Origin: Histomonas meleagridis 2922-C6/04-290x
Taxonomy: Eukaryota; Protista; Parabasalia
DNA length: 64,000 nucleotides
Reading direction: 5' to 3'
Assembly: GCA_020184695.1 (NCBI GenBank)
Contig: JAANOX010000018.1
Location: forward strand, 1 to 64,000
The position numbers were made by a program, and so were the translations under genes. The notes below the pieces were generated by a model. It was not told the origin of the DNA and made no database searches. It saw only the letters and a list, made by a program, of their open reading frames with translations. Position 1 is the stretch's first letter. Each line of letters opens with the position of its first letter. This document shows, in pieces, positions 21,696 to 33,720 of this stretch.

Positions 21696-23861
21696 ATGAT
21701 GAGACAATCCCAATTTATGACTGAAAATTTCCAAAATGATTTTGAAAATCCTCCAAATCTTCCTATTGGGAATGGCTCAGAACGAATTCTTGTTGGGCTT
21801 ACAGTTAAACAAAATTCATCAAATACTTTATTACCATGTCCATTAAAAATTCAACAGATTCCATCTATTGAACAAATTGCAGGTTTGATCGAAAATACCT
21901 TGGTTAACTTTTTGGATGGAAATTTCTCTCAAGTATTTCCAAATAATATTTATAATTTAGCATCTAAAATTTCGACTAATACAGATGTTGCGGTTGAACT
22001 TCATAGCCAAGTTGCAAGTAAAGTAGTAGGATTTGCTATGTCTATTCCAAATGATTTATCTTTAAGAAATTCATCACAAGAAATTGGCAAATATTGGGAT
22101 CTTACTGTATCAAAACTTAATTTAATTTCAACAACTTTTTCACCTTTGTGTATTAAAGAAAAAGGTTTACCTAATTTCAAACAGATTTTTAGCCAAGCTC
22201 TACAACAAGCATTTACTGATTCCAAAGATATATTTTTTAGGATTTCACAACTTGCTATTGAAAATTATGCACAAGCTCGTGATAATGATGATGTTCAACC
22301 ATTAATTCCAATGTTTCGCTTTCTTAAAGACAGTGGTCTTTTTGAAGAATTCTTTTTGCCTTTATTTATAGACTCTGTTATTCAATTTCTTCAACCAATT
22401 ATTGATGAAATTTTTCAAAATGAACTTCAAACTTATCTTATAGAATCCACCAAGATTAAAGAGCATGAACTTAACTTAGCTAAACCATTAATTACTCAAA
22501 ATTCCCTCCGTCAACTTGAAATTCAAATGAACAGGCTCATTTTCTCATCAAAACTTGAACAAATCAACAACGGTTTACGACCGTTAATTCGAGGGAAAGA
22601 CGTTAAGAGCGTTGATATATGTGCGAAGTTAGCGCGTGACACGGACACTATTAATAACTTTACTAAGGAGCTGTCATTCGAATTTGAAGCCGAAGCTGAA
22701 GAATGTTACAAATTATTGAATCCGATTCAAGGTATTATCGAACTTCATAATGCATTAGTCTCATTTTGTAAGGAATCCTTTAGCCAAAGTCAGTCTCGAA
22801 CATTACGTCTTGCATTTGAAAAAGGTTTTAACACCTCTCTAGATACAGCTTCACGTTTATTAGCGGAAGAAATTCATCACGAATTTATATCACGTCCAAC
22901 AATATCACAAGCCGTTATTGATGAACTGATTGCAGTGTTCAGAATGCTATCAAACAAAGATTCATTTGAAGCTTATCATCATTTACTTTTATCACGTCGT
23001 ATTTTAATGTTAAAGGCGCACATAGTCCATGCAGATGAAATATTTTTAGCCGAACTACGTAAACAATGCGGACCTGAATACACAAAACGACTTGATGCAC
23101 TTTTTGATGATTTGCATCAATCGATTAATATGTTACAAGAATTTAAAGCTGAACGTTCTAATGCACCTAATTTCTTTAGAGCATTAATCTTGTCTAATGA
23201 CGCATGGCCTAATTCTGTACCTTCATCAGCTCGTGCTCCACCTGCCATTGAACAAATACTTGCTGATTTCACTAATTTTATACGTACGCATCATGGGAAA
23301 CGTAAGTTACAATGGAATTTACGATTCACACGAGTTAAAATGAAAGCGATGAAGATTGGCACATTAAATGAAATACGTTGTAGTGGCCTTTATGCTGTTT
23401 TCTTATTATGTTTTAATGGTAGGACCATGATAACGCCTGATATTGTAATGAAAATGACTGGCTTAAGTAGTAACGAAATCGATGAAATTTGTAAAATTCT
23501 CAAAAGTAAAAAGGGCGGGAATTTGATCGCATATATACATCAAAAAATTCAATTGAATATTAACGTCTCCCCCGAAAACGGTTTTTTGAGTTTACCTTTT
23601 GCATTCCCGAATTTACCACATAAAGAAAATGATGATACAAAGTCGGCTATAATGCTGAATAGAAATTACCAGGTCGATGCGGCAGTGATGTTAGTAATGA
23701 AAAGAGAAAGATCAATGGAAAAATCTGACTTGAAAATGGCTGTAAAGGAAATCTTAAACTTTAGATTGGAAGATGACCTTTATGAAAAAAGATTACAGTC
23801 ATTGGCTAAAAATATTTATTTGAAATTGGACGCTTCTGGAAGAGTTCATTATTTACCATAA
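21696..23861 (+). CDS. Cullin family protein
   Basis: LSNKDSFEAYHHLLLSRRIL, CGPEYTKRL..LF.D, RKLQW, C-terminal VDAAVMLVMKRE. First ATG at 21696. Confidence 0.9.
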   Translation: MMRQSQFMTENFQNDFENPPNLPIGNGSERILVGLTVKQNSSNTLLPCPLKIQQIPSIEQIAGLIENTLVNFLDGNFSQVFPNNIYNLASKISTNTDVAVELHSQVASKVVGFAMSIPNDLSLRNSSQEIGKYWDLTVSKLNLISTTFSPLCIKEKGLPNFKQIFSQALQQAFTDSKDIFFRISQLAIENYAQARDNDDVQPLIPMFRFLKDSGLFEEFFLPLFIDSVIQFLQPIIDEIFQNELQTYLIESTKIKEHELNLAKPLITQNSLRQLEIQMNRLIFSSKLEQINNGLRPLIRGKDVKSVDICAKLARDTDTINNFTKELSFEFEAEAEECYKLLNPIQGIIELHNALVSFCKESFSQSQSRTLRLAFEKGFNTSLDTASRLLAEEIHHEFISRPTISQAVIDELIAVFRMLSNKDSFEAYHHLLLSRRILMLKAHIVHADEIFLAELRKQCGPEYTKRLDALFDDLHQSINMLQEFKAERSNAPNFFRALILSNDAWPNSVPSSARAPPAIEQILADFTNFIRTHHGKRKLQWNLRFTRVKMKAMKIGTLNEIRCSGLYAVFLLCFNGRTMITPDIVMKMTGLSSNEIDEICKILKSKKGGNLIAYIHQKIQLNINVSPENGFLSLPFAFPNLPHKENDDTKSAIMLNRNYQVDAAVMLVMKRERSMEKSDLKMAVKEILNFRLEDDLYEKRLQSLAKNIYLKLDASGRVHYLP

Positions 23862-23897
23862 AAAATAATGTTTTGAATTTTTTTAAACGGTTTCGAT

Positions 23898-24719
23898 ATG
23901 AGGGAAGAAGAAAATGAAAAATGTTTTGCAATGTGCTTATTCATAGAAAGAAAATTGCTACAACAAAAATATTTCTATAAATGGAAATACGTTTATGGTA
24001 AAAGGAAATATTCGTTATTGAATTTTTTAAAGATTTTAGAAAATGGATACAATAAATTATATTTAGAAAGAAGCTTTCAAAAATGGAAAAGGAAAATGCT
24101 TAACTCAAGTTTCTTAAAATTGCATAAGTCTAATGAATCTTTAACAAATCAGAAATATTTTGAATTTATGTCATCTCTTCAAGAAAAAACAAAAGAAAAT
24201 GCAAATCTAACAATGTCAATTCAAACCATTCAGATAAAAATAGATGAATTAAAGCCTTTATTCAATGAATCAAATCAAAGATTCAAAAAACTTAATTCAA
24301 AATTAGAAATCCAAATTTCAAAACATGATTATTTTAAGAAGTGTTTAGCTGAATATAAACAAACAAAGTCAAACATAAATTGGGATTCACCAAAACGAAT
24401 AAAAGAAATAAATATTAAAATCGATCAATTAAAAACAGAAGCATTACAACTTCGAAATAAAATTCAAGTTTCACAAGAAAGAAACGAAGAATTAGGAAAT
24501 TTAATTGTTCATTTGGTTAATAAACGAAAAGAGCTTGAAGAAGACAAAATAATAAAAGAAATAACAAAAGTCCTAAATGAAAATCAAGAAAAATTAAAAA
24601 ATTCACTTGAAAAAATACAAATTCAAAAAGAAGAAATTAAGAACCTTGATTGCATTATTATTAAAAAGAGATTTATTCTTGAAAATCTTAAATCAAAGAT
24701 GCAATCACTTAAATCTTGA
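23898..24719 (+). CDS. Hypothetical coiled-coil protein
   Basis: 273-aa K/E/N-rich ORF. Confidence 0.6.
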   Translation: MREEENEKCFAMCLFIERKLLQQKYFYKWKYVYGKRKYSLLNFLKILENGYNKLYLERSFQKWKRKMLNSSFLKLHKSNESLTNQKYFEFMSSLQEKTKENANLTMSIQTIQIKIDELKPLFNESNQRFKKLNSKLEIQISKHDYFKKCLAEYKQTKSNINWDSPKRIKEINIKIDQLKTEALQLRNKIQVSQERNEELGNLIVHLVNKRKELEEDKIIKEITKVLNENQEKLKNSLEKIQIQKEEIKNLDCIIIKKRFILENLKSKMQSLKS

Positions 24720-24803
24720 AAGTTTTAATGTTCAAAATTTTGTGTTCCAATAAGTGCGATAGAGAAAGAAATTTTTATAAAATAAAATGTTTTTAAATTT
24801 TTT

Positions 24804-27800
24804 TTATTTTCTATTTCTTCTTCCTTTCTTAGTAGGTATTGTTGTGGCAGGATATGATGCTAAAAGTAGGCTATATGGGAAAACAGATTCCATATTACCA
24901 TACTCAAAATTCTGTATGTATCTTGGAAATTTATCAACCAAAATAAGAAATGGATTACCTAAACTTTCATTAAATTTCGTTGATTCTATTTTTTTGTCTG
25001 CAATTTTCTTAAGTACATTAAAGAATACATTAATACCTTTTTTTATTTTTCCTTCATCTGCATTTTCAAACAATAAAGGAGCTATTTCAACCATTAACTC
25101 AAATCCAAAAGGAAGAAGATGCAAGTTATATGATAATGCATCTTCATCTGAAAAAAATTGAATTTTATCCCATTTTGGATTTCCAAATAAAGATCCTAAA
25201 AATATAAAATATGTATCTAAATCTGCAATACATTTTTCTGCATTTGATAAATAATCTTTGATGAATTGAATTGATTTCTTTCGAGATGAAATTTCATTTA
25301 ATAAAGTACAGTTCTGTTTATCTTTTTGATTATTCGAAACATATAAATATAAATTAAAACCTGGTAAACTTTCTTCATTAACAATGGAAAATGCTCTACG
25401 AATCATTGATAGAATAATTAATGATACTGATATATTTAATAACGAATTAGATGCTTTAATAACACTAGAAGAGATAGAAAGATGAATTAAATCTTTATTA
25501 ATTTTAAAAGGGGATTTTTTCCTAAAAACACTCATTATGATGAAAATATTATGAATTATTGATTTGGTTAATGCACTATCTAAATAAAGTGCTCCATGCA
25601 TTCCAAATATTCGAAATATATCAACAAAAAATTGTGTTGAGTAATTAATATTAGAATCTTTAAATAGTTGAATGAAAGGAATGTATTTTGTTTTTTGATG
25701 TTCACTTTCTATAAATTGAATCATTTGCTTTGTGAATCTATATATAAAACGTTTTTCTTCATGTAAGCATGAGAAGGATTCAATTTGATGGCCTGTAAAC
25801 ATTTTAGCTTGTATAGAAATGTCAGGAGATATAAATATCGATTCTTCAAGAAATGCATAAAATAAATATTGATATAAATTCCTCTTTGCTAATATAAACA
25901 AAGGCCAAATAAATTGATATGCTTCAATTACTATTCCATAGTAACCATTTAATAGGTTTTGTATTAATAATGAAATAATGCTTTTTAATGCACCATCAAT
26001 AAAATATTGTGAAATTTCAATTTTTTCATTGATAAGAATAATAGAATTTGGTAGTTTAGTAAAAAAGTGATAAATTTCGTTTAACTTTGAAATATGTTGT
26101 TGTTCATCATAGTTATCATGTTGATCAAAGTATTTTCCAATCTCAGCTATATTTAAATATTTCATAAATAAATTATTCGGTGAAAGTAACTCAGATATCA
26201 TTGATGATATTTTTAATAGTAACTCTTCTTTAATTTTTTCCAAAATGCTTTTTTGCTCATTAATAATCACTTCTGCTGAAAATTGAGAATCGTATTTAAA
26301 ATAAGAAAAAATTTTTAAAATTATCGGAGTACTACATATTTGGATATTATTTTTAGAAAGAATTTTTGGTAATTGATTTGAATAAATCCAAAACTTATGT
26401 ATTGGAAATAATTCAAGTAAAAATATGAAGGGATTTTGTGCTATTTGACAATGGAAATAAATTTCTCCTAATTGTTTTAATAAAGGATTTAGATACCTGT
26501 CATTATGACCAGAAATAAAATTAAAACTAAAAATTATTCGTCCAATTGTTAGAATAAGTGGATACAAGTCAAAATTTATTTCATGTATATCTTCATTAAT
26601 AATTCCTTTTATTTCATTAATTATCAATGTAATATTATCGAGTATTCTTATTCCAATATTTCCTAATATTGATAAATCAACAATTTCTATAATATCATTT
26701 AAATCATTTTTATCAGTAGTAGAAATATTATATAAAAAGAAGTATTTTATATAGTTTTGATTTTTAATAAGGTAATGAAGAATTTTTTCATTAGTTTGAA
26801 TTAATTTAAATAAAAAATAGATATCTTCAGCATTAAGTTTTTCAATTTGATAATTTGACTTAAAGAAAACTTCAATTTCATAATATGAAAATCCAATAAT
26901 TGCTTGAATATGATTCATGTAACATAGTAATGTTGAAATATCTAGTTTCAAAAAATTTTCCAAATCAAAAGAAAAATAATATAATTGTCTGATTCGATAC
27001 ATATGAATTTCCATGTTTTTTAATAATACATTCTCATTTAAACTTTCAAAAAACAATGTAATAGACATGGATGGGCTTGCAAGTTTAAATAAGTTTTCTG
27101 CTGAAACAATATAACTTTTGGATATGCATAAATATCTACACTCAGAAAAAATAATTTCAACCATGCGCTTAAATCGAAAACTTTTTTCTAAGTCACTACT
27201 AAACAAAAAAAGAAAGAATACCATCATTTCTTGAAGAGGACATAAATGAGACACAAATTTCAATTCTTTTTGATAAGATGTTGGCGGATTTCCATAAACA
27301 GATAAAGCGTTCCAATCAAAACATGATATCTCTCCAAATAATGAAAATAAGTTAAAGAATTGAAAACCAAATGAAATGAGTCTTGATTTAAACTGTTCAA
27401 CAAATGATAATATTTGCATAAAAGGTGAATTAATGCAATTATGGGCAAATAAAACTAAATTTTCAATATTATTCAATAATTTATATCCATTACATTCATT
27501 GGTAAATAGTAAAAATCCTAAACACATTTTTGCTGCTTTAATTGAATTAATTAAAACGCATATTTTACATATTCCTATAAAAAGTTTGCAAATCCGTAGT
27601 GCTGTAAGTGTATTAATATTAAAATCAAGTTCATTTATTTCATTAAAAATTGAGTTCAAATAGTTAGCACTAAGAGAAACCCATTTGAAAGAATAATCAA
27701 ATGTTTTTATAATAGGCATTATTGTTGGTAAGATTTCATTGACTTTTGATGTAATTTTCTCATTTTTCTTTAATGGAATTGATGGAAAATTATTTATTTC

Positions 27801-27950
27801 TGATAAAATATTTTGGATTTCTCTACTTTTGGGTGTTTTTATTATGAGATAAATATTTTCTTCTTTGTATTTGAACAGAATATCATCAAGTAATGCTAGA
27901 ACAATGTCTAAATGTTTTAGTAATATCTCAGAAATATCAAAATCTACCAT
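24804..27950 (-). CDS. NCKAP1: NCKAP1/NAP1 (WAVE regulatory complex)-like protein
   Basis: 1048 aa, helical; IFRIFGMHGALYL and DALSYNLHLL resemble NCKAP1 LLGPYGMKFL and NNIHCL blocks. Confidence 0.65.
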   Translation of the reverse strand: MVDFDISEILLKHLDIVLALLDDILFKYKEENIYLIIKTPKSREIQNILSEINNFPSIPLKKNEKITSKVNEILPTIMPIIKTFDYSFKWVSLSANYLNSIFNEINELDFNINTLTALRICKLFIGICKICVLINSIKAAKMCLGFLLFTNECNGYKLLNNIENLVLFAHNCINSPFMQILSFVEQFKSRLISFGFQFFNLFSLFGEISCFDWNALSVYGNPPTSYQKELKFVSHLCPLQEMMVFFLFLFSSDLEKSFRFKRMVEIIFSECRYLCISKSYIVSAENLFKLASPSMSITLFFESLNENVLLKNMEIHMYRIRQLYYFSFDLENFLKLDISTLLCYMNHIQAIIGFSYYEIEVFFKSNYQIEKLNAEDIYFLFKLIQTNEKILHYLIKNQNYIKYFFLYNISTTDKNDLNDIIEIVDLSILGNIGIRILDNITLIINEIKGIINEDIHEINFDLYPLILTIGRIIFSFNFISGHNDRYLNPLLKQLGEIYFHCQIAQNPFIFLLELFPIHKFWIYSNQLPKILSKNNIQICSTPIILKIFSYFKYDSQFSAEVIINEQKSILEKIKEELLLKISSMISELLSPNNLFMKYLNIAEIGKYFDQHDNYDEQQHISKLNEIYHFFTKLPNSIILINEKIEISQYFIDGALKSIISLLIQNLLNGYYGIVIEAYQFIWPLFILAKRNLYQYLFYAFLEESIFISPDISIQAKMFTGHQIESFSCLHEEKRFIYRFTKQMIQFIESEHQKTKYIPFIQLFKDSNINYSTQFFVDIFRIFGMHGALYLDSALTKSIIHNIFIIMSVFRKKSPFKINKDLIHLSISSSVIKASNSLLNISVSLIILSMIRRAFSIVNEESLPGFNLYLYVSNNQKDKQNCTLLNEISSRKKSIQFIKDYLSNAEKCIADLDTYFIFLGSLFGNPKWDKIQFFSDEDALSYNLHLLPFGFELMVEIAPLLFENADEGKIKKGINVFFNVLKKIADKKIESTKFNESLGNPFLILVDKFPRYIQNFEYGNMESVFPYSLLLASYPATTIPTKKGRRNRK

Positions 27951-28583
27951 TTCTCATAATGTATTTTTATGGTTTTATGATAAACGATTATATAAACTGA
28001 TATAATAAAATTTTTAAAATTTTTTCTAAAGCACGTTTACATCAAAAAAAAGAGATCTTAAAGAGATTTGTTTACAAACGTTTTTGTTGGCGTAAAAAAT
28101 ATGTTAGAAAAAAGAAATAAATTCTGAATTAAGAAGATATCATAATTTCAAATGTTTTCAAAGAACATAGATACCAAAGCACCATAATCACCAACAAGGA
28201 CATGGATCGTTCTTTAAGGCTGTACTCAAGTTGCAAAGTTAATTGTTGAACTACCAAATCTTATTAACTTAAATAAGATTTTTTATTCATTTCGTTAAAA
28301 AAAATCGATGTGAATTTACAAAGAACCTTTCTTGAATTTGGAAGAATAAAATCAATTTACGAGTAATTAATTTCAAGTATTAAAACTTTATAAATATTTA
28401 ATAGAATAACTTTAACATTGAAGTGAAAATTAAAACATGTATGGGAGATAGAATAAAAATCAGAATCTTCTTACAGTTCTCTTTTTCCAAAATTTCTCTA
28501 TTAACCTTATCTTCAAACCGTCCAAAGCAATCGAAAAAGTTAAAAATCTTGCTTTTCAATTTTCAATCCATTTGAACAAATAA

Positions 28584-29132
28584 ATGTTTGCTTTACTCTT
28601 AGCAGCATCCACGTGTTTTACAAACAATGAAATCACAGACTTAGCGCAGCGCTCAATTCCAAAAGCATTGTATTTCGAAAATCTTGGATCTCATGCTTCT
28701 CATCTTCAAGGATTAAAATTTTTAGAAATTAGTGGCTCAGGAAACAAAATAAACGTCAAAGTCCAAGCAGGAAACAGACAAATTATGGAGACATTAGTTG
28801 AAAACAAGGGTAAGCTTGAAGTTTTCTGGGTTCAATCTGACGATTTCGATGGTTGGACTTACTTACCATCTTCCTCTGATGAAAGCAATAAGATTGCAAT
28901 GCACTACATGGTTAACATGGTTAATTCAATCGAACCACCAACACTTGTTCGAAGCATTTCTGAAAGAACATGTGTTATTGATGGAGAAGAACATCACCAA
29001 ATGACGATTATCATTAACATTATGGGCACTGATACACTTCAAATGATCGAATACAAACTTAGTAAGAAATATCCACAAGGACACACACTTGTTACACATA
29101 ACGTCGTCCTTCGTGAAGGCGAAGAATTCTAA
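28584..29132 (+). CDS. Hypothetical secreted protein
   Basis: N-terminal hydrophobic signal-like peptide MFALLLAASTC; preceded by an Inr-like TCCATT. Confidence 0.7.
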   Translation: MFALLLAASTCFTNNEITDLAQRSIPKALYFENLGSHASHLQGLKFLEISGSGNKINVKVQAGNRQIMETLVENKGKLEVFWVQSDDFDGWTYLPSSSDESNKIAMHYMVNMVNSIEPPTLVRSISERTCVIDGEEHHQMTIIINIMGTDTLQMIEYKLSKKYPQGHTLVTHNVVLREGEEF

Positions 29133-29237
29133 ACATCAATGATTTTCTCATTTTTCAACTTTTTTCATTTAAAAAAAAACGTTTTTTTACACTAACGTCC
29201 GCATCAAATTTTTTGATGTTCAAATTAGTTTTTTCTT

Positions 29238-31553
29238 ATGAGCGAAGATAACGCTGCAAATCCAAATGTTATATGCTCTATTTCGTGGAAAGAAAGTTCT
29301 GTTGGAGTCAGTATTTATGATTCTATCAATGGGAAATTATCGATTTATTCAAATCATTTTAATGAATCCAAAAATACAATCGAACATTTAATAAACAAAT
29401 GCCAATTTGATCATTTATTGTTGCCATTAAACACACAAGAAGAATTTGTTCAATATATAGAAAGTTTAAAAAATCAATCAAATTTTGAAATCATTTATCG
29501 AAGTCCAAAACATTTTTTATATGAAGAAGGTTTAAATTCCTTAGAAAGAATCATATTTACTGTACCTGATAATGAACAAAATGAACTACGGAATTTAGTT
29601 TTTGAAGGGATTAATAATTTATCGTCAAAATCAATCATATGTTCAATTGGATCCATTATTAATTATTATGAAGAGATCACCAAAAACGAAGGAATTACTA
29701 TTTCATCGATAAGTTCATTAGAGTTACTTGAGGGACTATTTATCACCAGAGAATTAATGGAAGAATTACAAATTATCTCTGAAGACATTCATCCATCAAT
29801 ACATATTCGGAACAATAAAAAAGAAGGATTATCATTATTTGCGTTATTAAATCGATGTTCAACACGAATGGGGAAAACAAAGTTAAGGTCATGGTTCTTT
29901 ATGACTAATAATAGTATTAATGAAATTGAAGAAAGATTAGATATCATTGAATTGTTTACACAGCCGAAGATGTATCCTTTAATTAATGAGTTAATAAATT
30001 TCTTAAGTAATACGCCTGAAATTAGAAACATATTAATAAATTTACAAAAAGGAATTTGTACGAATAAACATTGGCAAAGACTATATCGCGGATTATGTAA
30101 TGTATCGAAAATTTGTCAATTTGTTTCGAAGAATCCGATTTTTTATAATTTTATAAAGTTCCAAAACTTAAATATCGAAAATAGTCAAAAGCTTCAAAAA
30201 CTTATAAATGAAATAGAAAGTACAATAAATTTAAATACAAATAATAATGAAGTCGAAATTAATGATACGTTTAACAAAGATTTATATGAAAAAAGAAAAC
30301 AATATATTGGATTAGAAAGTATTATGACAGAAGTAGCTAATGAATTTATGCAAAGGGAATCACAAAAAATTAATTTAAGTGTTATCTTTATTCCACAATA
30401 TGGATTTTTAATTAAGTTAAATCATAATGAAATAAGTGAATATATACCAAATGATTTTACAATAGAATTTGAAACTGAATATAATTATTATTATAAAAAT
30501 AATAAAATGAAAGAATTGGATTATCAATATGGAAATATTTATAATGATATTATTAATGAAGAAAATAGAATTATATTCCAATTAAGTAATAAAATATTAT
30601 CGTTCAGTCAAACATTAAATGAATTATGGAATTTAATAGGAATAATTGATTCGATATGTTCATTATCAATTGTAGCAGTTGAATGTAATTATGTCAAACC
30701 TCAATTTACAGATTCGAAAGAAATTATAATTAAAAATGGAAGACATCCATTACTTGAACGAATAAATGATCTTTGTGTACCGAATTCTATTGAAATGAAT
30801 GAAGAAGAAAACTTAATACATATAATTACTGGTACTAATTGTTCAGGGAAATCAATTTACTTAAAACAAATTGGACTCATTATATTTATGGCTTATCTTG
30901 GATCATTTGTACCTGCTGAAGAAGCGATAATTCCACATATAAAATATTTGCTTGGAATGTTTCATAATTCTGATACATCCAAAAAACCATTTACATCGAA
31001 TTTTATGGAAGAAGTTATCAAAATCAATGAATTTTTATCAAAGTCAAATTCTTCATCATTATTATTAATTGATGAATTCTGTAAAAGTTCTACTGTTGAA
31101 GATGGCTCTTCTTTATTATATGGATTTATTAAATATTTACACGAAGACATTGAAAATTATCCATTTACATTTATTTCGACACATTTTCATTACATATTTA
31201 AAGAGAACATCATTTCATTGAATTATTTCGTTCCTTGTCTAATGGATGTGAAAATTCAAGACGAAAATGACGAAATAATATTTTTGTACCAAATGAAAAA
31301 AGGAATATATAAAACTTCTTCATTTGGTATACAATGCGCTGTCAAAGCAAACATAAACCCAAACATAATAGAACGCGCTAAAGTCATTCGCGATAGCATC
31401 GAAAATTTTAAGGAAATTAAACCAAATCCATTGTGTTTCGATGTCGAAAAGGAAACAAAAACGCGTCAGGCAATTAAGTTATTCCTTCAGTGGAATGGAA
31501 ATGGAAATCCTCGTGAACTACTTATGGCAATTGATAAGATTATGAAGTTTTAA
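29238..31553 (+). CDS. MSH5: MutS homolog 5
   Basis: HPS..KEGLSLFALLNRC..G..KLRSWF; GTNCSGKSIYLKQIGLIIFMAYLGSFVPA; no mismatch-binding N-terminal domain. Confidence 0.82.
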   Translation: MSEDNAANPNVICSISWKESSVGVSIYDSINGKLSIYSNHFNESKNTIEHLINKCQFDHLLLPLNTQEEFVQYIESLKNQSNFEIIYRSPKHFLYEEGLNSLERIIFTVPDNEQNELRNLVFEGINNLSSKSIICSIGSIINYYEEITKNEGITISSISSLELLEGLFITRELMEELQIISEDIHPSIHIRNNKKEGLSLFALLNRCSTRMGKTKLRSWFFMTNNSINEIEERLDIIELFTQPKMYPLINELINFLSNTPEIRNILINLQKGICTNKHWQRLYRGLCNVSKICQFVSKNPIFYNFIKFQNLNIENSQKLQKLINEIESTINLNTNNNEVEINDTFNKDLYEKRKQYIGLESIMTEVANEFMQRESQKINLSVIFIPQYGFLIKLNHNEISEYIPNDFTIEFETEYNYYYKNNKMKELDYQYGNIYNDIINEENRIIFQLSNKILSFSQTLNELWNLIGIIDSICSLSIVAVECNYVKPQFTDSKEIIIKNGRHPLLERINDLCVPNSIEMNEEENLIHIITGTNCSGKSIYLKQIGLIIFMAYLGSFVPAEEAIIPHIKYLLGMFHNSDTSKKPFTSNFMEEVIKINEFLSKSNSSSLLLIDEFCKSSTVEDGSSLLYGFIKYLHEDIENYPFTFISTHFHYIFKENIISLNYFVPCLMDVKIQDENDEIIFLYQMKKGIYKTSSFGIQCAVKANINPNIIERAKVIRDSIENFKEIKPNPLCFDVEKETKTRQAIKLFLQWNGNGNPRELLMAIDKIMKF

Positions 31554-32214
31554 CTTTAATACTGAATATATTCACTGTTGAAATACAATATAATGATTCA
31601 AATGCAGAAGTTTTGTTTTCCTATTAAAAATTAAGTTGCTTATGATTCCAGTAAACCTATGGCGATTTGGAGTATCGTCTTCAAGAAAAATATCAATGTG
31701 AAATATGACATTTATATGAAAAGTGCAGAATTTCATCAGTACTTAATAACATTACAAGGGAAATTAGTTTTATGGTATTTTTGGTGTATTTTCTTTATTT
31801 AATTTTGGTCTTATTATCATATATTTTATATTTTATCACGAGCAAAATGGCTGTGAAACTTTTTGACTATATCTAATGGTCAGCCCACACAATTTGATTA
31901 TTATTCAACTTTTTCATTATTATCGTCAGCTTACATCAAACAGCGGTATCTCATTATACAGCTTACACAATTCGATACATACCTAAATACACTTGGCATA
32001 ATTAGTATTTAAAATAAATATAATTCTACTAAAAGATATGTCACAGGGAAAAGAGGCTATATTTATACGAACGGTTTGACTACAGTTCTGTCCTAACTCA
32101 TTGAATTTTTGATATGTTTACATATATTTTATTTACAGAAATTTGCGTAAGGTTTATTAACGATTTCAGTCTGTTCTGAAATTTGATGTGTGTCGTTTCG
32201 GCACGTTCGAATCG

Positions 32215-32694
32215 TTAAAGGATATTTTCGAATGAATCGAAATTACCGAAAGATCCAGAGTCCCAAATTATTTCTGGGAAGACGTCGTTTGAGAAATCGA
32301 ATAAGTTAGCGAAATCATTAGATTTTGAAATTGATCCTTGTTTCTTTTGTCTTGCAGCGCTTTGTTTTGTTGGCTTATAGACGAGTTTTGCGTATCTATT
32401 CTTAAGGCTTACTGATTCTCTTTTATCGAAGAATTGTTTCATGAATGACCAACAGGGACCGAACTCTTTATATTTTTGAAGGAGAAGCGCATCTTCCTCC
32501 GGTGTCCACGGTGTGCATCTAATGTTTGGCGACAAATAATTTTTATATCTTTCTCTGCATTGACGTGCAGTTCTTCCCTCCATTTGATTTGCGACATATT
32601 TCCAGTTTACCTTAGCCATTCCAGAGACGATCTTTATCAGCTTCTGGTCCTCGATCTCGGAGAACTTTGTTCGTGGAGGTAATGGTTGAGACAT
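32215..32694 (-). CDS. R2R3 Myb-like transcription factor
   Basis: KFSEIEDQKL..W..RTARQCRERYKNYLSP..WTPEEDALL..W. Confidence 0.92.
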   Translation of the reverse strand: MSQPLPPRTKFSEIEDQKLIKIVSGMAKVNWKYVANQMEGRTARQCRERYKNYLSPNIRCTPWTPEEDALLLQKYKEFGPCWSFMKQFFDKRESVSLKNRYAKLVYKPTKQSAARQKKQGSISKSNDFANLFDFSNDVFPEIIWDSGSFGNFDSFENIL

Positions 32695-33720
32695 TTAATA
32701 AAATGTCAAATTCGAGGAACAGAAAAATGAATACCCATTGAATATTCAAGGCTAAGGTTGTTCTTTTATTTGTTCAATGTTTACTGTCAATTGAGTCAAA
32801 TTCAAGGAGAAGAAGTTTTTAATTCAAATGTCGTAAAAAAGTGTTTTTTCAATTGGTTCGTAAAAAAAAAATAACCGTTTTGTTAAAACACATATTTACG
32901 ATTACTTTAATTGTAAATGTGAAAATTATTTCACTGATGCAAATGAAACATAGGAAATGTTGCTAAGCCTTAAGCACTTTGTAGTTAAGCAGTCGGTTAG
33001 CGTGAAATCAAAATTTGATTGAATTTTTGTACGTGATAAAAAATGCGTTCTCGGCGGTTAACGCTTGTGATAATAATCAATTATTTTTTGACAGCTTAGT
33101 GAATTTGTATGCACAAGTGACTCAATTCAGGTGATAAATAGTTTAACACACATTGTCTCAATAAGTGATGTTGCACGCAGACAACGAAAATGATGTTTTT
33201 GATTTGTTTTAACATCGAAAGGTAACAAGTGATTAAGCAAAAGCAAACAATGAAAGAAGAGGTTCATTTAGAGTGAATATCAATGCATTCAGCATCAATG
33301 TTAACACAGAGAGAATGAACTACACATGTGCGAAGACCAAATGACGCAGGTGCATTGCTATTAATTCTTATACGCAAATGGAACATTTTTTTAAATGGAT
33401 GAAAAAATAATGTAACTCAGAAACAATTCTTTTCAAACATATATTTTTTATAATGAAAACACATCAGTTTTATATGAAACGCCAAAGATTATTTATGAGG
33501 ACAGATGATATTTAAATATTTTAGTAAACTGGTGGAGAAAAACCTGCAGTATCGGTTCCACTTTCTGTTAAAACCGATCGAAAAGTACTGATTTTAAATG
33601 CGTTTTTTCTTACAGTTTCTCGTTCACTGTATAAAAAACGTTAATTTGTTAACCCAAATCACCCTCAAAAAACGTGATTGAAAAAGTGGGTTTTAAGTGC
33701 AGCCATCTTCACTTTTTCAA

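Noticed and set aside
28140-28440. Possible further ankyrin relic (GCTQVAKLIVELPNLINLNK) and a similar trace near 18640-18790
   Set aside because: Too decayed to place junctions or measure an insert.
31620-32000. Hydrophobic-coding fragment downstream of MSH5
   Set aside because: Multiple stops and no recognisable motif.
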